A stretch of 63,979 nucleotides of DNA, filler included, from Octopus bimaculoides (GCF_001194135.2; 8 parts of 5 records of this genome joined end to end with filler, not necessarily neighbours in it); one strand, 5' to 3'; positions 1-11,569 are shown, numbered from the whole stretch's first letter. Notes: generated by a model not told the origin, from the sequence alone. Translations and numbers: made by a program.

Positions 1-152
1 AGCTGATGAAGTAGAATGTTCTCTATGTGGCTCGTGTGTTCTCGTCTACGTTTGTTTGCAATGTCCTGTACCCAGATATGCACCTATACATACAGGTGGA
101 TGTCGGTATGCACATACCTGTACGTATATATGCATATACTCATTTACTTTTG

Positions 153-165
<13 letters not shown>
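1..165. repeat. Dispersed repeat (probably PLE-derived terminal sequence), cut by the window start
   Basis: Near-identical inverted copy at ~39697-39860 (gatgtcggtatgcacatacctgtacg / cgtacaggtatgtgcataccgacatc). PLE origin is inferred from the flanking motifs of the second copy. Confidence 0.7.
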
Positions 166-187
<22 letters not shown>

Positions 188-188
<1 letters not shown>

Positions 189-940
189 CTAGCAGAGATA
201 CCTGGCATTGCCCGTGTTACATGCAATTGAAGAATGAGACTTTTCTGTTATATTTTCTGTAAGGAACTGGAATACATATGATTCAAATTTCATCGAAATT
301 GCACATGAGGGTTCTTTCCCTCATTACACACCCTAAAGAATTCTAATCATGAGACATGTATCCCATACTATTGATCTTTATGCACATATTCCAAAATTTC
401 AGTCTTCTGGAACCTGTAAAAAGGATTTTGCTCCTGAAAAATGGAGCTCATGGAGCTCTAAAATGTGGGAATGAAGGCCCTATTGGGGGTGGGTATGTTA
501 ATGTCAACCAGAGAAGATGAATTGTTGGGAATGTTTTTAACTTGGATCTTATAGTATGCATGTATATGTGAGAGTATAGTTTCACTTTAATAGTTTCAGT
601 ATGAAATTGAAAGTATTAAAGTGAAAGTATTTGAAATTACAGTAGCGACGTTATTGTTTCACTTTTGACATGTACTACTGTAATAGTGGAATAGTTTCAG
701 TGTTAAAGTGAAAGTATCTGACATTACAGTAGAGTGATGTTATTGTTTCACTTTTGACACGTAATAGTGAAACAGTGGAGGAGATATGATATTGCTGTGG
801 GCTCGAATCATGCAAGAAGTTAAAAATGTTTTGGGTTTAAGACACTACTAAGTAAGGCATGTGTTAATTTGGAATGAAATTGGTTGTGTAGTTCTCGAGT
901 TTTAGGGATTCACACACACACATTCTCATCTTTATATAAC
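188..940 (+). mobile_element. Non-autonomous Helitron/Helentron-like element, copy 1
   Basis: Starts ACTAG followed by a sub-terminal hairpin-like motif (atacctggcattgcccg) and ends ...cacacacacattctcatctttatata, the terminal architecture of HINE/DINE-1-like rolling-circle elements. Inserted in (TA)n. Homologous to 6862-8122, 28081-28467 and 48140-48455. Confidence 0.6.
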
Positions 941-2030
941 TGATATTTATGTGCATATTGGAAAATTCTAGTGTTATGGACCCTGTAAAAAGGATTTTGC
1001 TCCTGAAAAATGGAGCTTATGGAGCTGAAAAATGTGGGAGTTAAGGCCCCTATTGGGGGTGGGGGTGTTAATGTCAATCAGAGAAGTTGAATTGTTGGGA
1101 ATCTTTTTAACTTGTATCTAATATGTATTGTTTGAATTTCTTTGAAATAAGAAATATATGTATGTTCACTGGGTTTGTAAAAGAGAGCAAAGCTACAGGA
1201 AACCAAAAGATGAATGATCATGATAATCAGTCAGCTACCCTAGCCTAGTCGTTACTACTCCCCAATGTAGGATTCCTCACCATACAGGTGACAGGCACAG
1301 CTGTAAGATGCATTCCGGATCTATAGCAATTGGAAGGGCATGACCCAATTGAAATAATGTGTGACGATTGGAGTAAAGGGAAATGAAAGTGTCACCTCTG
1401 GAGTTTGAAAATGAACACTATAACGATAGGTAACTGGGCAGAAAAAGTTTACAATTAATAAGTGTCTTAGAACAACTAGTCACTCATCTCGGAAGGCCTT
1501 GAAATCAATGTTACCAACTGGGGACTATGTGTGACCCAGTGATAATAAAAAGACTCAAAGGAGGTCTGCAACCAAATAATTTTACTCAACACTTTGCAAG
1601 TGAATCAGTGGAGGCAAAGAGGCATCTCATTTACTTGACAATTTATTGCAGAAATCACAATGTAAGTATATCTGAAAGGATAGTCTTACACTGTTGTACC
1701 ATTGAATTACAAATAATGCTCATCTGTTATGTTCGGGTGACCCTACAGCTTCCAATAGTATAACTGTATTCGTCTTTGCTTAGAATAAAATGACTAAATT
1801 ATGGGTGTGAAGTGCCCATGAAGGGGTCTTTATAACTTCTAAGAAAAAATTTTAGAAATATTACTTTATTTGTGTGTAATATGTGTGGTTAAAATTTCCT
1901 CAACATCAAAAAATATATAAATTTTCATGGGAGTTATGGCCGTTATGCATAGAATATAATTTCCAAATTTCATAAAAATCCATTCAGTACTTTTGACATA
2001 GTTTTGGATAGAAAAACAAATGACTAATGT
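941..2030 (+). mobile_element. Helitron-like element, 5'-truncated tandem copy 2
   Basis: 941-1110 repeats 372-550 (ctgtaaaaaggattttgctcctgaaaaatggagct). The remainder is colinear with the inverted copy at 6862-7950. Confidence 0.65.
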
Positions 2031-2831
2031 GTGTGTTTGTGTGCATGTGTATGTGTATGGGTGTATATATGTATAGATATCTGTATGCATGTATATATGT
2101 ATACATATCACATGTACATCTATATATATATACATCTACACATATGTATACATATACATGTATGCATATAGATCTATATCTATATATATGTATCTATATA
2201 TATACGTGTACATATACATCTATATTTATNNNNNNNNNNNNNNNNNNNNNNNNNNNNNNNNNNNNNNNNNNNNNNNNNNNNNNNNNNNNNNNNNNNNNNN
2301 NNNNNNNNNNNNNNNNNNNNNNNNNNNNNNNNNNNNNNNNNNNNNNNNNNNNNNNNNNNNNNNNNNNNNNNNNNNNNNNNNNNNNNNNNNNNNNNNNNNN
2401 NNNNNNNNNNNNNNNNNNNNNNNNNNNNNNNNNNNNNNNNNNNNNNNNNNNNNNNNNNNNNNNNNNNNNNNNNNNNNNNNNNNNNNNNNNNNNNNNNNNN
2501 NNNNNNNNNNNNNNNNNNNNNNNNNNNNNNNNNNNNNNNNNNNNNNNNNNNNNNNNNNNNNNNNNNNNNNNNNNNNNNNNNNNNNNNNNNNNNNNNNNNN
2601 NNNNNNNNNNNNNNNNNNNNNNNNNNNNNNNNNNNNNNNNNNNNNNNNNNNNNNNNNNNNNNNNNNNNNNNNNNNNNNNNNNNNNNNNNNNNNNNNNNNN
2701 NNNNNNNNNNNNNNNNNNNNNNNNNNNNNNNNNNNNNNNNNNNNNNNNNNNNNNNNNNNNNNNNNNNNNNNNNNNNNNNNNNNNNNNNNNNNNNNNNNNN
2801 NNNNNNNATATATATATATATATATATATAA

Positions 2832-3040
2832 ATGTCTGGTAGCTCTTGAGCACTACTGGTAACATGTAACCCAGTACAACCTGTCGCATGGTTGGGTCGT
2901 TGGCAACTAAACTAGCAACTGACCAAGCTTACTTGGTGAAGAGGGTGATTGTTGGTCATCCTGCAGGACAAAAAATAAGACCTGTCAAAAGCGGAAGAAC
3001 TCATGTGTAGTCAATAGCCATCCAACATCATGTGTACATC
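2832..3040 (+). mobile_element. Possible distal 5' UTR segment of the RTE LINE, split off by later insertions
   Basis: GC-richer segment (ggtcatcctgcaggac...aagacctgtcaaaagcggaagaac) resembling RTE 5' UTRs from memory. It lies upstream of the RTE endonuclease. Confidence 0.3.
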
Positions 3041-3267
3041 GATGAGCTAGCAGAATCGTTAGCATGCTGGGCGAAATGCTTTGTGGTATTTCATCTGCCA
3101 TTACATTCTGAGTTCAAATTCCGCTGAGGTCGACTTTGCCTTTCATCCTTTCAGGGTCGGTTAAATGAGTACCAGTTATGCACTGGGGTCGATGTAATCA
3201 TTTTATCCCTTTGTCTGTCCTTGTTTGTCCCCTCTATGTTTAGCCCCCTGTGGGTGATAAAGAAATA
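3041..3267 (+). mobile_element. tRNA-derived SINE, family A
   Basis: Head gagctagcagaatcgttagcatgctgggcgaaatg, B-box-like gagttcaaattcc, core gtcgactttgcctttcatcctttc, tail tgtttagccccctgtggg. At least 10 copies in the window. Confidence 0.85.
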
Positions 3268-3574
3268 ATTGTGTACATTGGTGTGTGAGTGTGTATATTT
3301 GTATATGTATATATAATTTTATTTTTATATATCATTTTAGATTTTTTTAATATCTTTTCATATACTTATATATCTTTTATGTATTTATATATATTTATAC
3401 CTTTTTATTTCATTTTATTTTATTCATAGTTTTAATCGTGAATTTATTTATCTATCTATTTATTTATTTTTTATAAATAAAAAGTAGTTTTAAATTGTAG
3501 AAATTGTAAATTTTATATATGTATATGAATTTTTTAAAATGTGTACAAGTTTTTTGTGTGTGTGTGTGTGTGTG

Positions 3575-4791
3575 TGGTGGGGACAGATGAGGCTCATTAT
3601 CCATGGTGAAGGCAACTCTTCTAGGAGATGGACACTCTGACATAGAACCAGGTCATAGTAATGACAGTTCCTTAACTGGCTGCACTGTCAAAGCCATGAC
3701 TGTTGATGAGATCAGACTGAGCTCCTGTTTTGAAATGAAGCTGTGGTTAGGACAACCAGTATAGGAGAATAAAGCTTTGAATTCAAATTGATTTACCACT
3801 GCTGGCTTGCAGTATCCTTTTGAGGAAAAGCCTAGGAGAAGGTACTCCAGTATAAAACCTGCAATCAATTTAGTACAAGTCATCTTGCTTTGCTTGTCAC
3901 TGGAATCTACTATTTTGACCTAGAGAGTGGCAAAAGTGTTGTACAAGTGTTTGTTACCAAAATCCCATGAAATGCAGATACTCCCAACAAAACACCATCA
4001 TCGTACAATCATCACTTTTCAAAAGTCCTTTGGTGATAGAGGCGTGGCAACATATGTAGACTTGACCGGTTGGAAGCATACAATTACAAATCTGCACATA
4101 AGGTGGTAGGGTTCTTATCTTAACATTGCTAACATGTTTTCATGGACAGGAACTGTTTTCGGTGGAGAATCCTGTGTCTGAGCAGCTCTTTTAAGGAGAA
4201 CACTGCTCACCTGGATATACTGGGAAGGTGCTAGAAAAAGTGCACTAAAAATTGCCTGTCCTCAATCTGCTGGTTAGTTTTGTGTGGCTAAAGGTGGTTC
4301 AATTTAGCAAGAATGAACAAAAAATTGATATAAATAATAATAACAAGTATGCAAGGAATAAAGTTTCTCTTAACCTGGCCTGTTGGAATGTGAGAACTCT
4401 TTTAGATCAAGCAGGTAGGCCTGAACGAAGAACATCTCTAGTAACTAAGAAGCTAAGCCATCTTAATATTGATATTGCAGCTCTTTCTGAAACAAGATGT
4501 TCAGATGAAGATCATCTTGCTGAAAGAATGGCAGGTTTCACATTATTCTGGGTTGGGAAGACAAAGGGAGAGAAAAAGGAAGGTGGTGTTGGGTTTGCAA
4601 TTAGAAGTGATTTGCTAAAAGACCTAGAACAACTACAAAGCATAAATATATGCATAATGAAACTCCGGATCCCTCTTTCGTGGGGACGTTTTGTAACTGT
4701 TTTCTCTATTTATGCTCCTACACTTTCAGCTAGTGAGGAAAATATCCATGCATTTTATGAGGAGCTTAGAAGAAGTATTCTGTCAGTCCCT
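3575..4791 (+). mobile_element. RTE-clade LINE 5' part (5' UTR plus APE endonuclease), truncated by an assembly gap
   Basis: 5' UTR-like atccatggtgaaggcaactcttctaggagatgg followed by an open frame encoding an APE endonuclease. Confidence 0.85.
4252..4791 (+). CDS. LINE ORF2 N-terminal AP-like endonuclease (RTE/BovB type), partial
   Basis: WNVRTL, RPERRTSLV..LSHLNIDIAALSETR, GGVGFAI and IYAPT motifs with no stop before the gap. No in-frame ATG ahead of the endonuclease motifs (the frame opens at TTG). Confidence 0.85.
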
Positions 4792-5826
4792 NNNNNNNNN
4801 NNNNNNNNNNNNNNNNNNNNNNNNNNNNNNNNNNNNNNNNNNNNNNNNNNNNNNNNNNNNNNNNNNNNNNNNNNNNNNNNNNNNNNNNNNNNNNNNNNNN
4901 NNNNNNNNNNNNNNNNNNNNNNNNNNNNNNNNNNNNNNNNNNNNNNNNNNNNNNNNNNNNNNNNNNNNNNNNNNNNNNNNNNNNNNNNNNNNNNNNNNNN
5001 NNNNNNNNNNNNNNNNNNNNNNNNNNNNNNNNNNNNNNNNNNNNNNNNNNNNNNNNNNNNNNNNNNNNNNNNNNNNNNNNNNNNNNNNNNNNNNNNNNNN
5101 NNNNNNNNNNNNNNNNNNNNNNNNNNNNNNNNNNNNNNNNNNNNNNNNNNNNNNNNNNNNNNNNNNNNNNNNNNNNNNNNNNNNNNNNNNNNNNNNNNNN
5201 NNNNNNNNNNNNNNNNNNNNNNNNNNNNNNNNNNNNNNNNNNNNNNNNNNNNNNNNNNNNNNNNNNNNNNNNNNNNNNNNNNNNNNNNNNNNNNNNNNNN
5301 NNNNNNNNNNNNNNNNNNNNNNNNNNNNNNNNNNNNNNNNNNNNNNNNNNNNNNNNNNNNNNNNNNNNNNNNNNNNNNNNNNNNNNNNNNNNNNNNNNNN
5401 NNNNNNNNNNNNNNNNNNNNNNNNNNNNNNNNNNNNNNNNNNNNNNNNNNNNNNNNNNNNNNNNNNNNNNNNNNNNNNNNNNNNNNNNNNNNNNNNNNNN
5501 NNNNNNNNNNNNNNNNNNNNNNNNNNNNNNNNNNNNNNNNNNNNNNNNNNNNNTATATATATATAGATGTATATATATACACATCTATATATATAGATGT
5601 ATATTTATACATGTATATATATTGATGTATGTGTATACACCGTATATGCATAACTGTATATGTATAGATGTATATGTATAAATGTATAGATATAGATATA
5701 GATGTATATGTATATGTGTAGATGTACATATATAGATGTACATGTAATATGTACACATATATATATATACATATATATACATGCATACATATATACGCCC
5801 ATACACACACACACACACATATACAT

Positions 5827-5992
5827 AGGTGCAGGTGTGGCTGTGTGGTAAGAAACTTGGTTCTAAAACTCATGGTCCTGGGTTCAGTACCACTGTGTGA
5901 TGACTTGGCATGTGTCTTCTGGTATAGCCTCAGACCAACCAAAGCCTTGTGAGTGGATTTTGTAGACAGAAACTGAAAGAAATCAATCGTAT
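5827..5992 (+). mobile_element. tRNA-derived SINE, family B (head and body)
   Basis: gtggctgtgtggtaag...gggttcagtaccactg...aaagccttgtgagtggattttgtagacagaaactgaaagaa. At least 12 copies in the window. Confidence 0.85.
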
Positions 5993-6861
5993 ATATATAT
6001 NNNNNNNNNNNNNNNNNNNNNNNNNNNNNNNNNNNNNNNNNNNNNNNNNNNNNNNNNNNNNNNNNNNNNNNNNNNNNNNNNNNNNNNNNNNNNNNNNNNN
6101 NNNNNNNNNNNNNNNNNNNNNNNNNNNNNNNNNNNNNNNNNNNNNNNNNNNNNNNNNNNNNNNNNNNNNNNNNNNNNNNNNNNNNNNNNNNNNNNNNNNN
6201 NNNNNNNNNNNNNNNNNNNNNNNNNNNNNNNNNNNNNNNNNNNNNNNNNNNNNNNNNNNNNNNNNNNNNNNNNNNNNNNNNNNNNNNNNNNNNNNNNNNN
6301 NNNNNNNNNNNNNNNNNNNNNNNNNNNNNNNNNNNNNNNNNNNNNNNNNNNNNNNNNNNNNNNNNNNNNNNNNNNNNNNNNNNNNNNNNNNNNNNNNNNN
6401 NNNNNNNNNNNNNNNNNNNNNNNNNNNNNNNNNNNNNNNNNNNNNNNNNNNNNNNNNNNNNNNNNNNNNNNNNNNNNNNNNNNNNNNNNNNNNNNNNNNN
6501 NNNNNNNNNNNNNNNNNNNNNNNNNNNNNNNNNNNNNNNNNNNNNNNNNNNNNNNNNNNNNNNNNNNNNNNNNNNNNNNNNNNNNNNNNNNNNNNNNNNN
6601 NNNNNNNNNNNNNNNNNNNNNNNNNNNNNNNNNNNNNNNNNNNNNNNNNNNNNNNNNNNNNNNNNNNNNNNNNNNNNNNNNNNNNNNNNNNNNNNNNNNN
6701 NNNNNNNNNNNNNNNNNNNNNNNNNNNNNNNNNNNNNNNNNNNNNNNNNNNNNNNNNNNNNNNNNNNNNNNNNNNNNNNNNNNNNNNNNNNNNNNNNNNN
6801 NNNNNNNNNNNNNNNNNNNNNNNNNNNNNNNNNNNNNNNNNNNNNNNNNNNNNNNNNNNNN

Positions 6862-8122
6862 AAGTCAAAAGTACTGAATGGATCTTTATGAAATTTAGAA
6901 ATTATATTCTATACATAAGGGCCATAACCTCCATGAAAATTAAAATATTTTTGCTGTTGATGAAATTTTAACCACAGATATTAGACACAAATGAAGTAAT
7001 ATTTCTAAAATTTCATCTTCTTAGAAGTTAGAAAGACCCCATCATGGGGACTTAACACCCACAATTTAGTCATTTTATCTAAGCAAAGACGAATACAGTT
7101 GTACTCTTGGAAGCTATAGGGTCACCCGAGCATAAAAGATGAGCAATATTTGTAATTCAATGGTACAATAGTGTAAGAGTTTTCTTTGAGATATACTTAG
7201 ATTGTGATTTCTGCAATGTGGTGCATAAATTGTCAAGTAAATGACGGGCATCTTTGCCTCCACTGATTCACTTGCAAAGTGTTCAGTAAAGTTATTTGGT
7301 TGCAGGCCTCCTTTGAATCTTTTTATTATCACTGGGTCACACATAGTCCCCCGATGGTAACATTGATTTCAAGGCCTTCCCAGATGAGTGACTGGTTATT
7401 GAAAGACATTTATAGATTGTAAATTTATTTTGTCCCATTACCCATCGGTATAGTGGTCATTTGCAAACTTCAGAGGTGACACTTTCATTTCCCCTTAACC
7501 CTCACGTCACACAGTTGTTAATGTTTCAGTTGGGTCATGCCCTTCCAATTGCTATAGATCCGTAATGCCTCTTACAGCTGTGTCTGTCACCTGTATAGTG
7601 AGGAATCCTACATTGAGGAGTAGTAACGACTAGGCTAGGGTAGCTGACTGCTTATTGTGATCATTCGTCGTTTGGTTTCCTGTAGCTTTGCTCTCTTTTA
7701 CAAACCCAGTGAACATACATATATTTCCTATTTCAAAGAAATTCAAACAATACATATAAGACCCAAGTTAAAAAGATTCCCAACAATTCAACTTCTATGG
7801 ATGATATCAAGACACCCATCCCCAATAGGGGCCTTAACTCCCACATTTTAGAGCTCCATGAGCTCCATTTTTCAGGAGCAAAATCCTTTTAACAGGTTTC
7901 ATAAGACTGGAATTTTGGAATCTGCACATAAAGATCAGTAGTATGGGATACATGTGTCATGATTAGAATTTTTTTACGGTGTGTAAAGAGGGAAAGAACC
8001 CTCATGTGCAATTTTGATGAATTTCGAATCATAGGTATTCCAGTTCATTAGAGAAAATATAACAGAAAAGTCTCATTATTCAATTGCATGTAACAAGGGC
8101 AACGCCGGGTATCTCTGCTAGT
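6862..8122 (-). mobile_element. Non-autonomous Helitron-like element, copy 3 (5'-intact, inverted relative to copies 1 and 2)
   Basis: Minus strand starts actagcagagatacccggcgttgccc at 8122 and is colinear with 188-520 plus 950-2000. Runs into an N gap. Confidence 0.7.
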
Positions 8123-8169
8123 AATGACATGAATTAAGAATCATTCCAAAATTAGTGCTACATACTCAC

Positions 8170-8289
8170 CAGAGCACTGTTTGTTGTTCACAAGCTGGTA
8201 TCCTGATTTACAGGAACATTTGTAGCTTCCAACTGAATTGTGACAATTATGATGGCAGCCACCATTTCCTTTAGTACATTCATTTATAT
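8170..8289 (-). CDS. Calcium-binding EGF-like domain exon (120 nt, phase 1-1) of an unidentified EGF-repeat protein
   Basis: tttttcag|AT ATA AAT GAA TGT...TGC TCT G|gtgagt. Encodes (D)INECTKGNGGCHHNCHNSVGSYKCSCKSGYQLVNNKQCS with 6 Cys in EGF spacing and the D-x-N-E-C...N...Y cbEGF consensus. Confidence 0.92.
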
Positions 8290-8410
8290 CTGAAAAATTA
8301 TCATTGAAGAAATTCATGAAAATCCTATCATACAAGCAGGGCTGTGTGTTTCCAAACTTTCAGGAAAAATATATCTAAGTATAGAAAAATGTTTCTTTGT
8401 TTGGAAACAA

Positions 8411-8512
8411 GTGAAAGGAAGGATATCTAGCCATAGAAAATCTGCTTCAACGAATTCTGTCTGACACATGGAAACATGAAAAAGTGAATATTAAATGACG
8501 ACGGTGATGATA
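8411..8512 (+). mobile_element. 3' fragment of a SINE with RTE-like tail, in the intron between the EGF exons
   Basis: gaaggatatctagccatagaaaatctgc...atggaaacatgaaaaagtgaatattaaatgacgacggtgatgat resembles the tail at 47990-48140. Confidence 0.55.
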
Positions 8513-8642
8513 TGGACACCCCACACTTACACACATGCTCCCCACACTCATACACTCAAACACACAATCATCCAAACTATTTTCATAAATATGATGACAT
8601 CTGTCAACTAAGATGATTCCAAAATTAAAGGTACATACTCAC

Positions 8643-8762
8643 CGGAGCACTGTTTGTTGTTCACAAGCTGGTATCCTAATTTACAAGAACATTTGTAGCT
8701 TCCAACTGAATTGAGACAGTTATGATGGCAGCCACCATTTTCTTTAGCACATTCATTTATAT
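8643..8762 (-). CDS. Second calcium-binding EGF-like domain exon (120 nt, phase 1-1)
   Basis: tttttcag|ATATAAATGAATGT...TGCTCCG|gtgagt. Encodes (D)INECAKENGGCHHNCLNSVGSYKCSCKLGYQLVNNKQCS; 7 nt differences from the 8170-8289 exon. Confidence 0.92.
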
Positions 8763-9243
8763 CTGAAAAATTACCATAGGAGAGAAAATTCATGCATATA
8801 TATATATATATAAAGATATATATATATANNNNNNNNNNNNNNNNNNNNNNNNNNNNNNNNNNNNNNNNNNNNNNNNNNNNNNNNNNNNNNNNNNNNNNNN
8901 NNNNNNNNNNNNNNNNNNNNNNNNNNNNNNNNNNNNNNNNNNNNNNNNNNNNNNNNNNNNNNNNNNNNNNNNNNNNNNNNNNNNNNNNNNNNNNNNNNNN
9001 NNNNNNNNNNNNNNNNNNNNNNNNNNNNNNNNNNNNNNNNNTTATTACAGTCATATAATATATAAGAGCTAAAATTTTTAAAATCACAGTGAATACCATA
9101 CAAAGAAACATTCATCATAAAAATATTAATCCAAAAATCAAATAAAGTATAAATTGAACAATAAAAATTAATACAATAATATAATGTATAAAAGTAAGTA
9201 CTTGTACATCGACTACACGCGTTTAATGGCTGAGTTAGGACTA

Positions 9244-9442
9244 TATAAAATCATATAAGAAAACCATATCCAAGTTCATTAGAAAGGAAAAATGATTTCA
9301 CTACCAAAGCAATCATTCCTCAGGTCAAATTCCTAAAAAGATCCTAAAACCTAAAAGTTTAACTTACCTCATAATATGATAAGGAATAAAAATAAGGAAT
9401 AAAAAATATATATAAAGAAACAAAACCTGTAATGTAATCCCT
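9244..9442. repeat. Left arm of a near-identical inverted repeat (partner 12557-12742)
   Basis: Reverse complement of 12557-12742 except for about 2 substitutions and a 13-nt internal duplication (aataaaaataagg). Confidence 0.9.
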
Positions 9443-10067
9443 AAGTTAAAGACATTAATATTACTATTAAAAGTTACGAGCTAAAAGTATTCAAATAGAG
9501 TATTATTGTGAACAAGATTAATTCACTATGGAAAAGGAAAATAAATATAAATGTGTATTAATGTATAAAGTTAATAAAGGATGTATGTCGATATTGTTTA
9601 GAATAAATTTAAAAAACATGACTTATCTGCCGGCGAATTACTGTAAATTAAACCGAAATAAGTGTACTTTAGCATTTATACTGAAAAGTCACGTGATAAA
9701 TATGGCGTCCATTACCCAGAGATAAATACGTATTATATTTACTATAATAATAACGAAATTATCAAAAAAGGTCTACCTAAAGTATATTGTTTATTGAAGA
9801 TTTAAATACTTAAAACCTTTAGATCTACAAAAAATAATAACTACAACCCATACGAAATTTATGTATTACGTGAATAATGCTATAAAACATTGCAAAAGAA
9901 TGCACATATTATCGTTGAATTCTTTATTAGTAAAAAGGTAGTTATTTATTCTAATTTTATATAATTATGTAATATTTAAAGTGTATTCTAAAGCTAATTA
10001 TATGTATTTAACATTACTAATCATAACTATAAACGGGTAACTTTTCATGAGTTTCATAATAAATACA

Positions 10068-10890
10068 TTATCTAAACTTATTATATATATAATTTAATTT
10101 ATGTCTACGTTTAATATTACGTTCATCTTGGGAGTTAATCAATTTTTTAATAGCTAATAATATCTCTTTAAATTCATTTGTACATAATAAGCAGAATTTA
10201 CTCCCTATTCTATACGATTTAGCCTTACAAACTATTTCCCATTTTAAATCGTATTTTATTCTTTTCGATTTAAGTTCCCAAATGTATTTACTAAGGCCCG
10301 TAGAATTCATTAAATTTCAGTTCTCAAAAGAATTCATATGTTGGGCCACTCATGATTTAATTTCATTGGAAGTCGATCCTATGTAAGTAATATTTATGTT
10401 ATCATTGTTACTATTACTATTATCATTCAAAATCTCTATACATTTATATACTATGTCCTCAACATTACATTTATTATTAAATTTACATTTAGTCTTATCT
10501 CTACAATTACAATCAATTGTATTCTGGTCTCCATTGGAGTTATTACTTAATTTATTATTGTAAAACTTATTTAATTTAAATTTATTAAAGGATGAAATGA
10601 TATTGCCAACATTATTAGTGGTAGAATAACCAACTCCAAATTTATTGCTAGAAAATATGTCCTTATATTTATTGTTGTCTTTAATAAATGTCTGAATTAT
10701 ATTTAAAATCTTTTTAATAATGTTAGTTTTAACCTGTATCCCATAGGGAATTATTAGCCATATTTTCTTATTATTATTATTACTACAAGGTTTATTGTTC
10801 ATATTACTACCTACATCGGGCTTCCGATGATTCTTAATGTTTTGTTTATTGCTATATATTATATGATTGTAATAATCTTACTGTTCAATA
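10068..10890 (-). pseudogene. Penelope-like element, RT C-terminal linker plus GIY-YIG endonuclease remnant
   Basis: CNCRDKTKCKFNNKC..EDIVYKC...TYIGSTSNEIKS*VAQHMNSFEN*NLMNSTGLSKYIWELK...KWEIV.KAKSY..GSKFCLLC. ORFs 10350-10802 and 10068-10310 are one frame split by two TGA codons. Confidence 0.88.
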
Positions 10891-11507
10891 TTATATATTA
10901 TTAAAATTTTAGATTAGTATTTTGTATGGTATGTCTCACACCATGGTTTTGGACGGATTCTTCATTGACTGAGTTGTGGTAAATTAGTTTTATATATNNN
11001 NNNNNNNNNNNNNNNNNNNNNNNNNNNNNNNNNNNNNNNNNNNNNNNNNNNNNNNNNNNNNNNNNNNNNNNNNNNNNNNNNNNNNNNNNNNNNNNNNNNN
11101 NNNNNNNNNNNNNNNNNNNNNNNNNNNNNNNNNNNNNNNNNNNNNNNNNNNNNNNNNNNNNNNNNNNNNNNNNNNNNNNNNNNNNNNNNNNNNNNNNNNN
11201 NNNNNNNNNNNNNNNNNNNNNNNNNNNNNNNNNNNNNNNNNNNNNNNNNNNNNNNNNNNNNNNNNNNNNNNNNNNNNNNNNNNNNNNNNNNNNNNNNNNN
11301 NNNNNNNNNNNNNNNNNNNNNNNNNNNNNNNNNNNNNNNNNNNNNNNNNNNNNNNNNNNNNNNNNNNNNNNNNNNNNNNNNNNNNNNNNNNNNNNNNNNN
11401 NNNNNNNNNNNNNNNNNNNNNNNNNNNNNNNNNNNNNNNNNNNNNNNNNNNNNNNNNNNNNNNNNNNNNNNNNNNNNNNNNNNNGGGCACACACACAAAT
11501 ATATATG

Positions 11508-11557
<50 letters not shown>

Positions 11558-11569
11558 CACATATAAGGT

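Noticed and set aside
1-60. CTGATGA at the window start and at 39851-39857(-) as a hammerhead core
   Set aside because: No stem II/GAAA arrangement follows it in the right order.
1527-1763. ORF MCDPVIIKR... repeated at 7114-7344 and 28296-28467; ggtgaccctacagcttccaata faintly like the helicase motif GDxxQLP
   Set aside because: It lies inside a repeat, has indels and stops between copies, and the helicase match needs a frameshift. Not supportable without a search.
8170-8762. Assigning the EGF exons to tolloid/BMP1, SCUBE, matrilin or fibrillin
   Set aside because: The NGGC-type cbEGF occurs in many families and no neighbouring domains are visible, so no gene symbol is given.
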